From positions 406 to 64,405 of the forward strand of contig JAZRYC010000010.1 of NCBI GenBank assembly GCA_045600525.1: 64,000 bases of DNA, given 5' to 3'. Source of the DNA: Bacteroidales bacterium (GTDB lineage Bacteria; Bacteroidota; Bacteroidia; Bacteroidales; WCHB1-69). Below the pieces are notes generated by a model that was not told the DNA's origin, searched no databases, and was given only the letters and a program-made list of their open reading frames with translations. This document shows, in pieces, positions 35,380-48,458 of the stretch (position 1 is the first letter of the stretch; each line of letters starts with the position of its first letter). Made by a program: the position numbers and the translations under genes.

Positions 35380-37527
35380 ATGCGCCCAGATTTTAGCAAC
35401 GTTGACTTTAAGAAAGTACCTGAAAATCAACAAGATTTTCGTGAATGGGAAAAACAGAACAACATCAGCGCGGACTGGCTGACAGCCGAGCAGATTCCTG
35501 TAAAGCAGGTTTATGGGGCTGACGACCTTGCCGGCATGGAACACCTCAATTACACGGCAGGTATTCCTCCGTATCTTCGCGGTCCGTACTCTATGATGTA
35601 CGCTTTCCGCCCGTGGACGATTCGCCAGTACGCAGGATTTTCCACCGCTGAGGAATCCAACGCCTTCTACCGCCGCAATCTTGCCGCCGGACAGAAGGGG
35701 CTTTCCATCGCCTTCGACTTGGCAACCCACCGCGGATACGATTCCGACCATCCACGCGTGGTGGGTGACGTCGGCAAAGCCGGTGTCGCCGTGGATTCCA
35801 TCCTCGATATGAAGATTCTCTTCGACCAAATTCCTTTGGACAAGATGTCCGTATCTATGACCATGAACGGTGCCGTCCTTCCTATCTTGGCATTCTACAT
35901 TGTGGCTGCCGAGGAACAGGGCGTCAGCATGGACCAACTTTCCGGTACCATCCAAAACGACATCCTCAAGGAGTTTATGGTGCGTAACACCTATATCTAC
36001 CCGCCATTGCACTCTATGAAGATTATCGCCGACATCTTTGAGTTTACTTCTAAGAATATGCCGAAGTTCAATTCCATTTCCATTTCCGGTTATCATATGC
36101 AGGAAGCAGGTGCTACCGATGATATTGAGTTGGCTTATACGCTGGCAGACGGTCTCGAATATCTTCGTGCAGGTGTGAACGCCGGCATGAGCGTGGATGA
36201 TTTCGCTCCACGTTTGTCATTTTTCTGGGGTATCGGCATGAACCACTTCATGGAAATCGCCAAGATGCGTGCCGCCCGTATGCTTTGGGCTAAGATCGTA
36301 AAACAGTTCAACCCGAAGAACCCGAAGTCCATGGCTTTGCGTACACACTGTCAAACTTCCGGCTGGTCACTGACCGAACAGGACCCGTTCAACAATGTGG
36401 CACGTACCTGTGTGGAAGCTATGGGTGCCGCCCTCGGACACACACAGTCACTGCACACCAATGCCCTCGACGAGGCTATCGCCCTGCCGACGGACTTCTC
36501 CGCACGTATTGCCCGCAATACTCAGATTTACATTCAAGAAGAAACCAAGGTCTGCAAGTCCATTGACCCATGGGCCGGCTCCTACTATATTGAAAGCCTT
36601 ACGCACCAAATCGCCCACCGTGCTTGGAAGCACATCCAAGAAATCGAATCTCTTGGCGGTATGGCCAAGGCTATTGAAACGGGTATTCCTAAGATGCGTA
36701 TTGAAGAGGCTTCCGCACGCAAACAAGCACGTATCGACTCTGGCAAGGAATCCATCATCGGCGTCAGCAAATACAGATTGGACAAAGAGGCTCCTATTGA
36801 AACACTGGAAGTGGATAACACCACGGTTCGTGAGGCTCAGCTCAAACGTTTGGCAGAACTTCGTGCCAATCGTAACGAAGCTGATGTCAAGGCTGCTTTG
36901 GCTGCCCTTACCGAATGTGCCAAGACTGGCAACGGCAACTTGCTGGATCTCTCCATCAAGGCCGCCCGCGTTCGCGCATCCTTAGGCGAAATTTCCGACG
37001 CACTTGAAGAAGTGTACGGTCGTTATAAAGCAAAAATTAATTTGATTTCAGGCGTGTACAGTGCAGAACAACAGAACAACGACAGCTTCAAGAAGGCTTG
37101 TCAGATGTGCGACGAATTCGCAAAGAAAGAGGGCCGTCGTCCTCGTATCATGATTGCCAAGATGGGCCAAGACGGTCACGACCGCGGCGCCAAGGTAGTC
37201 GCTACAGGTTATGCCGACATCGGCTTTGACGTGGATATGGGACCACTCTTCCAAACTCCCGCCGAGGCCGCAAAGCAAGCCGTAGAGAACGATGTCCATA
37301 TCATGGGCGTTTCCTCTTTGGCTGCTGGTCATAAAACCCTCGTACCGCAAGTTATCGAAGAACTCAAAAAGCTCGGCCGCGAGGACATCATGGTCATTGT
37401 TGGCGGCGTTATTCCTCCGCAAGATTACGAGTTCCTCTATAATGCAGGGGCTGCCTGCATCTTCGGACCTGGTTCTGTCATCAGCGACTGCGCCATCAAG
37501 ATGCTCGACATTCTTATGCAAGACTAA
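35380..37527 (+). CDS. mutB: methylmalonyl-CoA mutase, large (catalytic, B12-binding) subunit
   Basis: 715 aa from [39 protein letters not shown], and the C-terminal B12 domain with the DxHxxG motif (GQDGHDRG). Start trimmed from 35266. Confidence 0.9.
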   Translation: MRPDFSNVDFKKVPENQQDFREWEKQNNISADWLTAEQIPVKQVYGADDLAGMEHLNYTAGIPPYLRGPYSMMYAFRPWTIRQYAGFSTAEESNAFYRRNLAAGQKGLSIAFDLATHRGYDSDHPRVVGDVGKAGVAVDSILDMKILFDQIPLDKMSVSMTMNGAVLPILAFYIVAAEEQGVSMDQLSGTIQNDILKEFMVRNTYIYPPLHSMKIIADIFEFTSKNMPKFNSISISGYHMQEAGATDDIELAYTLADGLEYLRAGVNAGMSVDDFAPRLSFFWGIGMNHFMEIAKMRAARMLWAKIVKQFNPKNPKSMALRTHCQTSGWSLTEQDPFNNVARTCVEAMGAALGHTQSLHTNALDEAIALPTDFSARIARNTQIYIQEETKVCKSIDPWAGSYYIESLTHQIAHRAWKHIQEIESLGGMAKAIETGIPKMRIEEASARKQARIDSGKESIIGVSKYRLDKEAPIETLEVDNTTVREAQLKRLAELRANRNEADVKAALAALTECAKTGNGNLLDLSIKAARVRASLGEISDALEEVYGRYKAKINLISGVYSAEQQNNDSFKKACQMCDEFAKKEGRRPRIMIAKMGQDGHDRGAKVVATGYADIGFDVDMGPLFQTPAEAAKQAVENDVHIMGVSSLAAGHKTLVPQVIEELKKLGREDIMVIVGGVIPPQDYEFLYNAGAACIFGPGSVISDCAIKMLDILMQD

Positions 37528-37556
37528 TTTTGGATTTTTCAGAATTCTCCATAATG

Positions 37557-37588
37557 AAAATCCCGTCTGAAATCAGACGGGATTTTTT
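37557..37588. terminator. bidirectional rho-independent terminator between convergent genes
   Basis: Stem aaaatcccgtctg/cagacgggatttt, flanked by A4 and T6. Confidence 0.8.
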
Positions 37589-37630
37589 CATCAAGACTAT
37601 ATAATATTTGCCTTACGTTTTCGTAATACA

Positions 37631-39202
37631 CTATCTTTTCACAATCTTTTGAGTTGTAACATTTTGGTCTGATACAATACGTACTAGATAAAGTCCGCTT
37701 GCCAAATCCGAAATGTCTATTTGATGCCCCGGAGATTGAATTTCAAGGATGGTTTTGCCAAGTAGATTGCAGATTTCTATGGTTTCAATATGGCATCCTT
37801 CAACATTCAGAAGGTTGGTGGCCGGGTTAGGGAAAAGGCGAATGTTATCAGCGCTATTGTCCACTATGCCCGTATTAAAGAAATGGACATGAAAAGAAAG
37901 CGTACCTCCATCGGCATGAATATCCGTTATTTCAAAACTGTTTTCAGGCGTTCCATCCGTAAGGAAGGGATGCGGATCTGTGGTAGGCCCGAAACTGGTA
38001 TTGTCAAGTGCCGCATAATAGATTGAGCCGTTCACGGTGTCGATTTCGCTGCCAGGACGGAACACCCAATAATTATGGACATATTGGTAAAAATCAAACA
38101 TGGCGTTCCCAGAATTATAAATATCACCCACGTCCACTGTATCAACCCAACGACCAATAATCAATCCATTATCAACAACATTGTCCATAAAATCAAAATT
38201 GTTACGGTATTCCAATGTATACCACTGCGTGCTGTCAATAGCAGATTTTATATAATAGCAATTTTGATAATCGGCACTTGCATTGCTAAGCAAGGTGTAA
38301 TCACCATCCTCCGTAATCTGGATGGGTTCATCAATAATTCCCAAAAACTTGTATTTCAAAATAGTGCTAAGTTGCTGCATACAATTCTGCCCCATGATGT
38401 CCCAAACACCAACAGGATCAATAAAGGAATAGTTGTAATAATGATAAAGATCAGGAAGGCCTAACGAATGGGACATCTCATGACAAAAAACATTGGCTGA
38501 GAAATAGTATCCAGATCCCTCTAACTCAAAATTATAGGTATAAGGTGTAACACCGTTTATAGTGACAGGGTACGGTTCATTGTTAATAAACTCCATGTGC
38601 GGCCAAAGCAAAGAGGCCCATTCACCACAACCGCCTTTGACAATAAAACTGATGTTATCAATGTATCCATCCTCATTGCCATCCAGGTTGATACTGGGAT
38701 CCACTAAGTGCAAAGAGTCAATGTAGTGCATGGCATCAGCCAAAAGCTGTCTTTCACGCGGACAGACGGAATCCGGAGAAAAGGGCTCATAACCTTCCGG
38801 ATTAAATACACTGTATGGTTCATAATAACAACGCGGATGAGAATCACAATAAGAAACGATGACATCTCCATTTATTTGATTGGTATATACAGTATTGTAG
38901 TGTATCTTACCATAACTCATCGCGTCAAAATAATTATATACAGACATTGCACCAGCAGACGAATCGCTGAACATCTGATCTATCTCACTAAAGGTTTTGT
39001 CAATTTCAGGATCATCGGCAAATCGAATAAACACCACTAGATTGGTAAGGTTGATTTGGTCGCGGTTCTGTAAATTCACCTTTGGCAACGGCATTTTTGA
39101 CTTGGGCGGCAAAGGCAACCGCATTCTCACGGAGTCTGGAATGGAAGCAAGACAACAATTCAAAATAAGAGTTACAACTGCGAGTGAAAATAGTTTTTTC
39201 AT
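37631..39202 (-). CDS. secreted zinc metalloprotease (M6/InhA-like HExxH domain) with a T9SS C-terminal sorting domain
   Basis: Start trimmed to MKKLFSLAVVTLIL (signal peptide). FCHEMSHSLGLPDLY is the zinc motif. The last 70 aa or so (IRLFPNPATNLLNV...GLYLVRIVSDQNVTTQKIVKR) match a type-A T9SS CTD. Confidence 0.65.
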   Translation of the reverse strand: MKKLFSLAVVTLILNCCLASIPDSVRMRLPLPPKSKMPLPKVNLQNRDQINLTNLVVFIRFADDPEIDKTFSEIDQMFSDSSAGAMSVYNYFDAMSYGKIHYNTVYTNQINGDVIVSYCDSHPRCYYEPYSVFNPEGYEPFSPDSVCPRERQLLADAMHYIDSLHLVDPSINLDGNEDGYIDNISFIVKGGCGEWASLLWPHMEFINNEPYPVTINGVTPYTYNFELEGSGYYFSANVFCHEMSHSLGLPDLYHYYNYSFIDPVGVWDIMGQNCMQQLSTILKYKFLGIIDEPIQITEDGDYTLLSNASADYQNCYYIKSAIDSTQWYTLEYRNNFDFMDNVVDNGLIIGRWVDTVDVGDIYNSGNAMFDFYQYVHNYWVFRPGSEIDTVNGSIYYAALDNTSFGPTTDPHPFLTDGTPENSFEITDIHADGGTLSFHVHFFNTGIVDNSADNIRLFPNPATNLLNVEGCHIETIEICNLLGKTILEIQSPGHQIDISDLASGLYLVRIVSDQNVTTQKIVKR

Positions 39203-39212
39203 TATTTGATGA

Positions 39213-39581
39213 TTATTGATTAGAAATATTTGCATTATGGATATATGCTTGCATCTTTTTAGGCATTTTCTTGACGACTTCATCGTAGGAATGGTCAATA
39301 AGCGAACAAAGCAAGTTATCATCCACGTCACCGTGAAAATAGATTTGGTTCCAGTATTTTTTGTTCCAATGCCAGGCACCTTCAACGGCGCTGTAGCGGT
39401 CGCGCAACTCAATGGCATAGCTTGGTTCACACTTCAACACTACGAGGTCGGGACGCTCCATATCCAGACAAGCAAAAATCTTGTTCATCACACGGATGAC
39501 GAGGGTTGTCTCGTCAAACGGTGTGTCTTCCGTGGCAAGCGGCTTGGAAAGACAATATTCACGACAGGTTTCGATATTCAT
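39213..39581 (-). CDS. MmcQ/YjbR family DNA-binding protein
   Basis: Start trimmed to MNIETCREYCLSKP. The pattern ...FDETTLVIRVMNKIFA...LKCEP...WHWNKKYWNQI...LIDHSYDEV is typical of YjbR. Confidence 0.7.
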   Translation of the reverse strand: MNIETCREYCLSKPLATEDTPFDETTLVIRVMNKIFACLDMERPDLVVLKCEPSYAIELRDRYSAVEGAWHWNKKYWNQIYFHGDVDDNLLCSLIDHSYDEVVKKMPKKMQAYIHNANISNQ

Positions 39582-39595
39582 AACAGACCAATTAA

Positions 39596-39871
39596 TTAAG
39601 TTAAAAAAGCACCTACCAACACCACGCAGATGATCAACAGGGTGATGATGACCATCATGGCCAATAATGTGCCTATGCAGCCCCACTTTTTCTCCTGCCC
39701 CGGCAATGGGTCTGACAATAGTACCCCGATGAGTCCGGCAACAGGGGTGAGGATTACGGACAATAAAAACGTCCATCCGAAGCCGATGCGACGGCGCGCG
39801 CCAAACAGTCCGATGATGACGGAAAGCAACGTGTGACTGGCCAATCCGAAAATCAAAAGGGCAATAGTCAT
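39596..39871 (-). CDS. small integral membrane protein (91 aa), function unknown
   Basis: Three predicted hydrophobic helices. Has its own -7 box 24 nt upstream. Confidence 0.45.
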   Translation of the reverse strand: MTIALLIFGLASHTLLSVIIGLFGARRRIGFGWTFLLSVILTPVAGLIGVLLSDPLPGQEKKWGCIGTLLAMMVIITLLIICVVLVGAFLT

Positions 39872-39894
39872 AATATGCGTTTTTTAGGTGGGTG

Positions 39895-39902
39895 CAAAAT
39901 TA
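39895..39902 (-). promoter_or_regulatory. candidate -7 promoter box (TAATTTTG on the minus strand)
   Basis: Matches TAnnTTTG, 24 nt upstream of the start at 39871. Confidence 0.45.
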
Positions 39903-39914
39903 CAAGTTTTTATG

Positions 39915-39922
39915 TACTTTTG
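39915..39922 (+). promoter_or_regulatory. candidate -7 promoter box (TACTTTTG) for the MNT/HEPN pair
   Basis: Matches TAnnTTTG, 23 nt upstream of ATG 39945. It lies inside the GTG-started ORF-track call (39888), which argues for 39945. Confidence 0.5.
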
Positions 39923-39944
39923 CACTGCTAAAAAAAAGAGTGAA

Positions 39945-40259
39945 ATGATACATCCCAAAGTTGTTGAGCAAATACGAGATTTATTAAGCCAAATTGTCCC
40001 ATCGGCAACAAAAATTCTTTATGGAAGTGAGGCTCGTGGCGATGCACGGGTAGATAGTGATATAGACATTCTGATTCTATTAGATGGGGATGTTTTGTCT
40101 ATAGAACGTGAACAGAGTATAACTACTCCCTTGTATAAATTGGAATTAGAGTCGGGCGTGGCTATTAGTCCAATTGTTATGTTGAAAAAGAATTGGGACA
40201 ACCGTCCGTTTAACACTCCTTTTTATTTAAATGTTATAAATGAAGGCATTATATTATGA
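39945..40259 (+). CDS. minimal nucleotidyltransferase (MNT) domain protein, antitoxin-like partner of HEPN
   Basis: GSEARGDARVDSDIDILIL is the Pol-beta-type NTase GSxxxG..DxD motif. 104 aa. ATGA overlap with the HEPN ORF. Confidence 0.75.
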   Translation: MIHPKVVEQIRDLLSQIVPSATKILYGSEARGDARVDSDIDILILLDGDVLSIEREQSITTPLYKLELESGVAISPIVMLKKNWDNRPFNTPFYLNVINEGIIL

Positions 40260-40657
40260 AACAAATATTAGACATAGAAAGCAAAAATGCTTTAGTGAAA
40301 TACCGTTTGGAACGCGCTTCTGAAACTATGAAAGAAGCAGCACTTTTATCCGGAGAAGGATATTTTAATGCTGCTATTAACAGACTATACTATGCTTGCT
40401 ATTATGCGGTTATTTCTTTGTTGTTGAAAAATGATTTACAAGCTCAAAGTCACGCCGGGGTCAAAACAATGTTTGGCTTACATTTTGTGTCTTCCGGAAT
40501 TGTTCCAATAGAGATAGGAAAAACGCTATCAACACTTTTTGAAAAACGACAAAGTGGCGATTATGATGATTTCGTTTTGTGTACAAAAGAAGATGTTGTT
40601 GCTCTTACTGACCAAGCCAATTCTTTTATCGAATATATAAAATCACTTGTGGAATAG
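40256..40657 (+). CDS. HEPN domain protein (toxin-like partner of MNT)
   Basis: All-helical 133-aa protein with AINRLYYACYYAV and EKRQSGDYDD motifs, as in HEPN proteins paired with MNTs. Confidence 0.7.
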   Translation: MKQILDIESKNALVKYRLERASETMKEAALLSGEGYFNAAINRLYYACYYAVISLLLKNDLQAQSHAGVKTMFGLHFVSSGIVPIEIGKTLSTLFEKRQSGDYDDFVLCTKEDVVALTDQANSFIEYIKSLVE

Positions 40658-40663
40658 GAATAA

Positions 40664-44575
<3,912 letters not shown>

Positions 44576-44586
44576 AATCTTCGAAT

Positions 44587-44985
44587 TTAAACGAATAGTT
44601 TGATTTCGGAAAAATCTTTTCCGATGGTATGTAATGCATCTTCTATTTTCTGGAGTTGTGTTTGTGAAATGTATTCCCCTATTTTGTATCGACGCATAAG
44701 AGAGTCGCTTATTCCTATGCGTTTTGCCAATTTGCTCATATTGATGAAATCGTAATAATTGAATAGTGCGCCAACATCGAAATGATATTCAAAAGATAGA
44801 TTCTGCAACTCTTTGGGAATCTTTTCCGTTGGGTAAGTGCTGATAATTTCCTGTGAAGTGTTCTCAAAGTCAACTTTCGCTTCTTCCACACTGCTACCTT
44901 CTCCAATAATCATTGTTTTAAGCCCTTTGGAGTAAATGTGGAATTTTCCTTCTTTCCCTTTTTCTATGAGTGCTATTGCTTTCAT
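44587..44985 (-). CDS. hicB: HicB-family antitoxin with a C-terminal HTH
   Basis: The N-terminal HicB fold (AIALIEKGKEGKFHIYS) and a C-terminal HTH-like segment (MSKLAKRIGISDSLMRRY). Sits downstream of hicA. Confidence 0.68.
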   Translation of the reverse strand: MKAIALIEKGKEGKFHIYSKGLKTMIIGEGSSVEEAKVDFENTSQEIISTYPTEKIPKELQNLSFEYHFDVGALFNYYDFINMSKLAKRIGISDSLMRRYKIGEYISQTQLQKIEDALHTIGKDFSEIKLFV

Positions 44986-45023
44986 TTCTTATAGTATTAG
45001 AATCCTATGATTTTTTTGATTTG

Positions 45024-45179
45024 TCAATAAGTTCCTGTTGGTATTTCTTCGTTGTTATGTCGTCCGATTGCAATTCTATTTTCGGAGTCTGGGTGCGCGT
45101 AAATATCATGCTTTGCGCCATGGCGAATTAAGTACCACCCTTTTTGAACTATGATTTTCTTAAGCTCTGACCATTTCAT
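45024..45179 (-). CDS. hicA: HicA-family mRNA interferase toxin
   Basis: Start trimmed to MKWSELKKIIVQKGWYLIRHGAKHDIY...IGRHNNEEIPTGT (YcfA/HicA signature). A -7 box 25 nt upstream supports this start. Confidence 0.75.
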   Translation of the reverse strand: MKWSELKKIIVQKGWYLIRHGAKHDIYAHPDSENRIAIGRHNNEEIPTGTY

Positions 45180-45203
45180 GATTTGAGTATGAAAATCGTG
45201 CTG

Positions 45204-45211
45204 CAAATATA
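45204..45211 (-). promoter_or_regulatory. candidate -7 promoter box (TATATTTG on the minus strand) for hicAB
   Basis: Matches TAnnTTTG, 25 nt upstream of ATG 45179. It lies inside the longer ORF-track call. Confidence 0.5.
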
Positions 45212-45264
45212 GCACGAATATGTGATATAATTAGTTCTGACGAGTTTTTTTATTTCCTTGATAA

Positions 45265-46320
45265 TCAGTTAGGTGTTTTTAATGATGCGGACTGAACCAG
45301 TTTGATTTCCACATAAACCGGAAGATGATCGGCGAATCCGCCGATATAGCGTGGCCCTAAGAAGGTGCGGAAGGTTTTCACACCGCCGTATTTCTCATCT
45401 GGAATGAGCAGGAAGTCGGCATCGAAGATGTGCGGTATGTGGTCTATGATATGTAGGCGATTCTGGTCGAAGAGCAGGCCGCGCGAAACTACAATCTGAT
45501 CCAAACAACGCCAGAAATCCTCGTGTTTGTGTGAGCCCACATTGTTCATGCCTTCAAAATAATACATAAGATTGAAAAGGCTGTCCCGCGTGTTTTCAGG
45601 TTGGTAGGGCTTGGCGCGCAGATGCTGCGACAGGCTCTCGTCGGTGCAATAATCGTTGAAATCGCCCATATACAGGATGTTGGCCTTTGGGTTTTCGCCT
45701 AAGAGCGAGTCGGCAATCTGCCGTGCCACATCGGCGTAATAGTTTCGTTTGGGGATGGTGGCCGCATACCCGCCATAGCGCGAGGTCCAGTGGTTGACGA
45801 TGAGGTGCAGCGAGTCGCCATTCGGAAACTGCGCGCACACGTACAGCAGGTCGCGGTTGCGCGTGTTCGGCTCAAAGGGGAATATGATAGGAACTTTATG
45901 TTCGCGCAGGATGCGCACCATCGTGTCACGGTAGAGTAAGGCAACATCCACGCCGCGGCGGTCGGGCGAGTCGTGATGCACGTATCTGTACCCGTATTTC
46001 TGAAGGGGAGAATGATAGCAGATGTCCTTCAGCACCTGCTCGTTCTCTATTTCCGCCAAACCGATAATGGCCGGAGGACTCCCTTTTCCCATCGCGATGA
46101 ACACCTTGGCGATGTTGCTGATTTTCTTATAGTACTTCTTATAGCTCCAGTGGTAGAGCCCCGTGGGCGTGAAGTCATCGTCATGGGTAAGAGAATCGTT
46201 GGAAGGATGGAAGACATTTTCCACATTGTAGAAGGAAAGAAGCAAAGGGTAATCATCCGTTTGGGCATTTGTCGCAAACGACAATAGGGCTAAGCCCAAG
46301 ATAAATGCAGATTTTTTCAT
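45265..46320 (-). CDS. secreted endonuclease/exonuclease/phosphatase (EEP) family protein
   Basis: Signal peptide. LLSFYNVENVF near the N-terminus and SDHLPV-like FADHLPVYVEI near the C-terminus are EEP hallmarks. Confidence 0.7.
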   Translation of the reverse strand: MKKSAFILGLALLSFATNAQTDDYPLLLSFYNVENVFHPSNDSLTHDDDFTPTGLYHWSYKKYYKKISNIAKVFIAMGKGSPPAIIGLAEIENEQVLKDICYHSPLQKYGYRYVHHDSPDRRGVDVALLYRDTMVRILREHKVPIIFPFEPNTRNRDLLYVCAQFPNGDSLHLIVNHWTSRYGGYAATIPKRNYYADVARQIADSLLGENPKANILYMGDFNDYCTDESLSQHLRAKPYQPENTRDSLFNLMYYFEGMNNVGSHKHEDFWRCLDQIVVSRGLLFDQNRLHIIDHIPHIFDADFLLIPDEKYGGVKTFRTFLGPRYIGGFADHLPVYVEIKLVQSASLKTPN

Positions 46321-46348
46321 GGTGCGTTACGTTTTCAGGTTGAGGTTG

Positions 46349-46356
46349 CAAAGATA
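46349..46356 (-). promoter_or_regulatory. candidate -7 promoter box (TATCTTTG on the minus strand) for the EEP gene
   Basis: Matches TAnnTTTG, 29 nt upstream of the start at 46320. Confidence 0.5.
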
Positions 46357-46379
46357 ATAAAAACAAGAACAATTTTTAT

Positions 46380-46387
46380 TATTTTTG
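46380..46387 (+). promoter_or_regulatory. candidate -7 promoter box (TATTTTTG) for the ABC-to-anmK gene string
   Basis: Matches TAnnTTTG, 25 nt upstream of ATG 46412. Confidence 0.5.
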
Positions 46388-46411
46388 CAGGCTTAAAATA
46401 TCAGTGCAAAC

Positions 46412-47158
46412 ATGTCTATCATTGTAAATAACGTTACCAAGATATTTGACTCCCAACGCGCATTAGACAACGTCAGTTTCGAAGCCAAAAAAGGTGAAAT
46501 CGTAGGTTTCCTCGGTCCTAACGGAGCCGGCAAGACCACCATGATGAAAATCATCACCTGCCTCATTCCCCCTACAGAAGGTACAGTCACCGTATGTGGC
46601 CTGGATATCTGGAAAGATTCCTTGGAACTTCGTCGAAAAATAGGATACCTTTCCGAAGCAAATCCACTTTATTATGACATGTACGTTCGTGAATTTCTTG
46701 AATTTATCGGGGGTGTCCACCATCTTAAAAATGTCAAGGAAAAAGTGTCCGACATCATTGAAAAGACTGGCTTAACCCCTGAGCAACACAAGAAAATCGG
46801 AGCCCTATCCCGTGGTTATAAACAGCGTGTGGGCATTGCACAGGCGCTTATCCATGATCCGGAAGTGCTGATATTGGATGAGCCCACCACCGGTTTGGAC
46901 CCCAACCAACTCATTGAAATTCGCTCCCTCATCCGTTCTTACGGGAAAGACAAGACCGTTCTACTTTCCACGCACATCATGCAGGAAGTACAGGCCATGT
47001 GCGACCACGTCATCATCATCAACAAAGGTCATCTCGTGGCAGATGCTCCTGTCAGCGAACTTCCCAATATGGCCGAAAAACTCGGATTAAAGCATTCCGA
47101 AGAATTGAACGCACTGGGTATGGAAGAATTATTCCACGCTCTTACCCATAAAGAATAA
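46412..47158 (+). CDS. ABC transporter ATP-binding protein (ABC-2/DrrA-like)
   Basis: Walker A GPNGAGKTT, signature LSRGYKQR, and Walker B LILDEPTTGLD. Confidence 0.88.
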   Translation: MSIIVNNVTKIFDSQRALDNVSFEAKKGEIVGFLGPNGAGKTTMMKIITCLIPPTEGTVTVCGLDIWKDSLELRRKIGYLSEANPLYYDMYVREFLEFIGGVHHLKNVKEKVSDIIEKTGLTPEQHKKIGALSRGYKQRVGIAQALIHDPEVLILDEPTTGLDPNQLIEIRSLIRSYGKDKTVLLSTHIMQEVQAMCDHVIIINKGHLVADAPVSELPNMAEKLGLKHSEELNALGMEELFHALTHKE

Positions 47159-47160
47159 AT

Positions 47161-48438
47161 ATGAGCAGAATTCTCCAACCTCTTCTTCGTATCAACCATA
47201 GTTACAGGCAAATCTCCTTTGAAGAAGCCCTCCAGTACATCTACGAGAAATGTTCTACGGCGACTGAGAATAAGACCCTGCTTATGACTTCCGGTGATTA
47301 TACCAACGAGGAACTCTACCTCATGCAGCGCTTATGTCGTGCTGGTTTTCAAAGCAATGCCTTAGGCTCTTTTGACTACTACCGCCGAGGAACCGCCTTC
47401 TTCATCGACAAAAACGACATTGTCCCTTTTGTTGAATTACTTGGTTCGAGTCATTTTTTCTGCATCTTGGACCATTCCGCAGAGACCGCCTCCATGTGCT
47501 CCATTCGTAAGTTGCTTGAAAACTGCAAAAATATTCCTCGTTACGATTTCAACACTACGGGGAACTTACACATTTCCAATTATGGGGATTTCTTTCGCGC
47601 CGTAAACCACTATCTTATCCGAAACAATCTTGCCAAAGGAATCTATGTGGATGCCCTAGGCAAAGACTACGGCACGTACAAAAACAACATTCTATCGGAG
47701 GACTTCTCCCCTCTACTTGAAAGCAATCAACTAACGGAAAATGACATCAGCCATTTTGCCGAGATGCTTCTTCGGGAAAGCACACCCGTCTTTATCGTTT
47801 GGGAACGCCTGCTGGATGAACGTGGAACCATTGAGTTGGAGAATCTATGCATGCTGCTCGATATCCAAGCCAAACCTTCGAGTGGTTTTCTTAATATAAA
47901 AGCAGATCTCAACTCCCAAGGTCTTTTCGACATGGGCATATTCCCCGATGTGTGCGTAGGCGGACTACCCTTCACCGAAGACAGCAGAAACTTGATGAAT
48001 GAACTCTATGGGAAGGAAGCCTGTACAAAACCTATACGCATTGCCGAGGGAATTGAGCAACATGTTTTCACCCATTTATTCGTCATGAATGCCACCGGAT
48101 GCCCCATTCCGGAAGAAATTGCCAAATCGGTTGAATACACCTCCTTCTCCATGCTGCAAACCGCCGATTGGGATGGCAAAGACCACGGCTTCGACCTCCT
48201 CATGCCGGCATCGCTGCCAGAAGAAGCCTCCGGCACTTTTACCGATTCGACCCGTGCTGCGCACAACAGCAAACCGGATACACCCTGCCCCCTACCCTAC
48301 AACAATCTACAACAATTCTCAACATTGGGCGAACGATTTGGTCTTGGGAAACTTGACCAGTCCACAGACATTTTCTTGGAATACGCCTCCTTCTTCCAAG
48401 GGGGCTGCCGAAGCAAATACAGACATTTTTTCAGATAA
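47161..48438 (+). CDS. hypothetical protein with weak resemblance to the molybdopterin-oxidoreductase fold
   Basis: Starts 2 nt after the ABC gene. ISFEEALQYI..., SGDYTNEELYLMQRLCRAGFQSN and NSQGLFDMGIFPD recall domains I-II of Mo-bisPGD enzymes. I see no N-terminal Fe-S Cys cluster. Low-confidence fold guess. Confidence 0.35.
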   Translation: MSRILQPLLRINHSYRQISFEEALQYIYEKCSTATENKTLLMTSGDYTNEELYLMQRLCRAGFQSNALGSFDYYRRGTAFFIDKNDIVPFVELLGSSHFFCILDHSAETASMCSIRKLLENCKNIPRYDFNTTGNLHISNYGDFFRAVNHYLIRNNLAKGIYVDALGKDYGTYKNNILSEDFSPLLESNQLTENDISHFAEMLLRESTPVFIVWERLLDERGTIELENLCMLLDIQAKPSSGFLNIKADLNSQGLFDMGIFPDVCVGGLPFTEDSRNLMNELYGKEACTKPIRIAEGIEQHVFTHLFVMNATGCPIPEEIAKSVEYTSFSMLQTADWDGKDHGFDLLMPASLPEEASGTFTDSTRAAHNSKPDTPCPLPYNNLQQFSTLGERFGLGKLDQSTDIFLEYASFFQGGCRSKYRHFFR

Positions 48439-48458
48439 TCATTTTAAATTTCAATATT

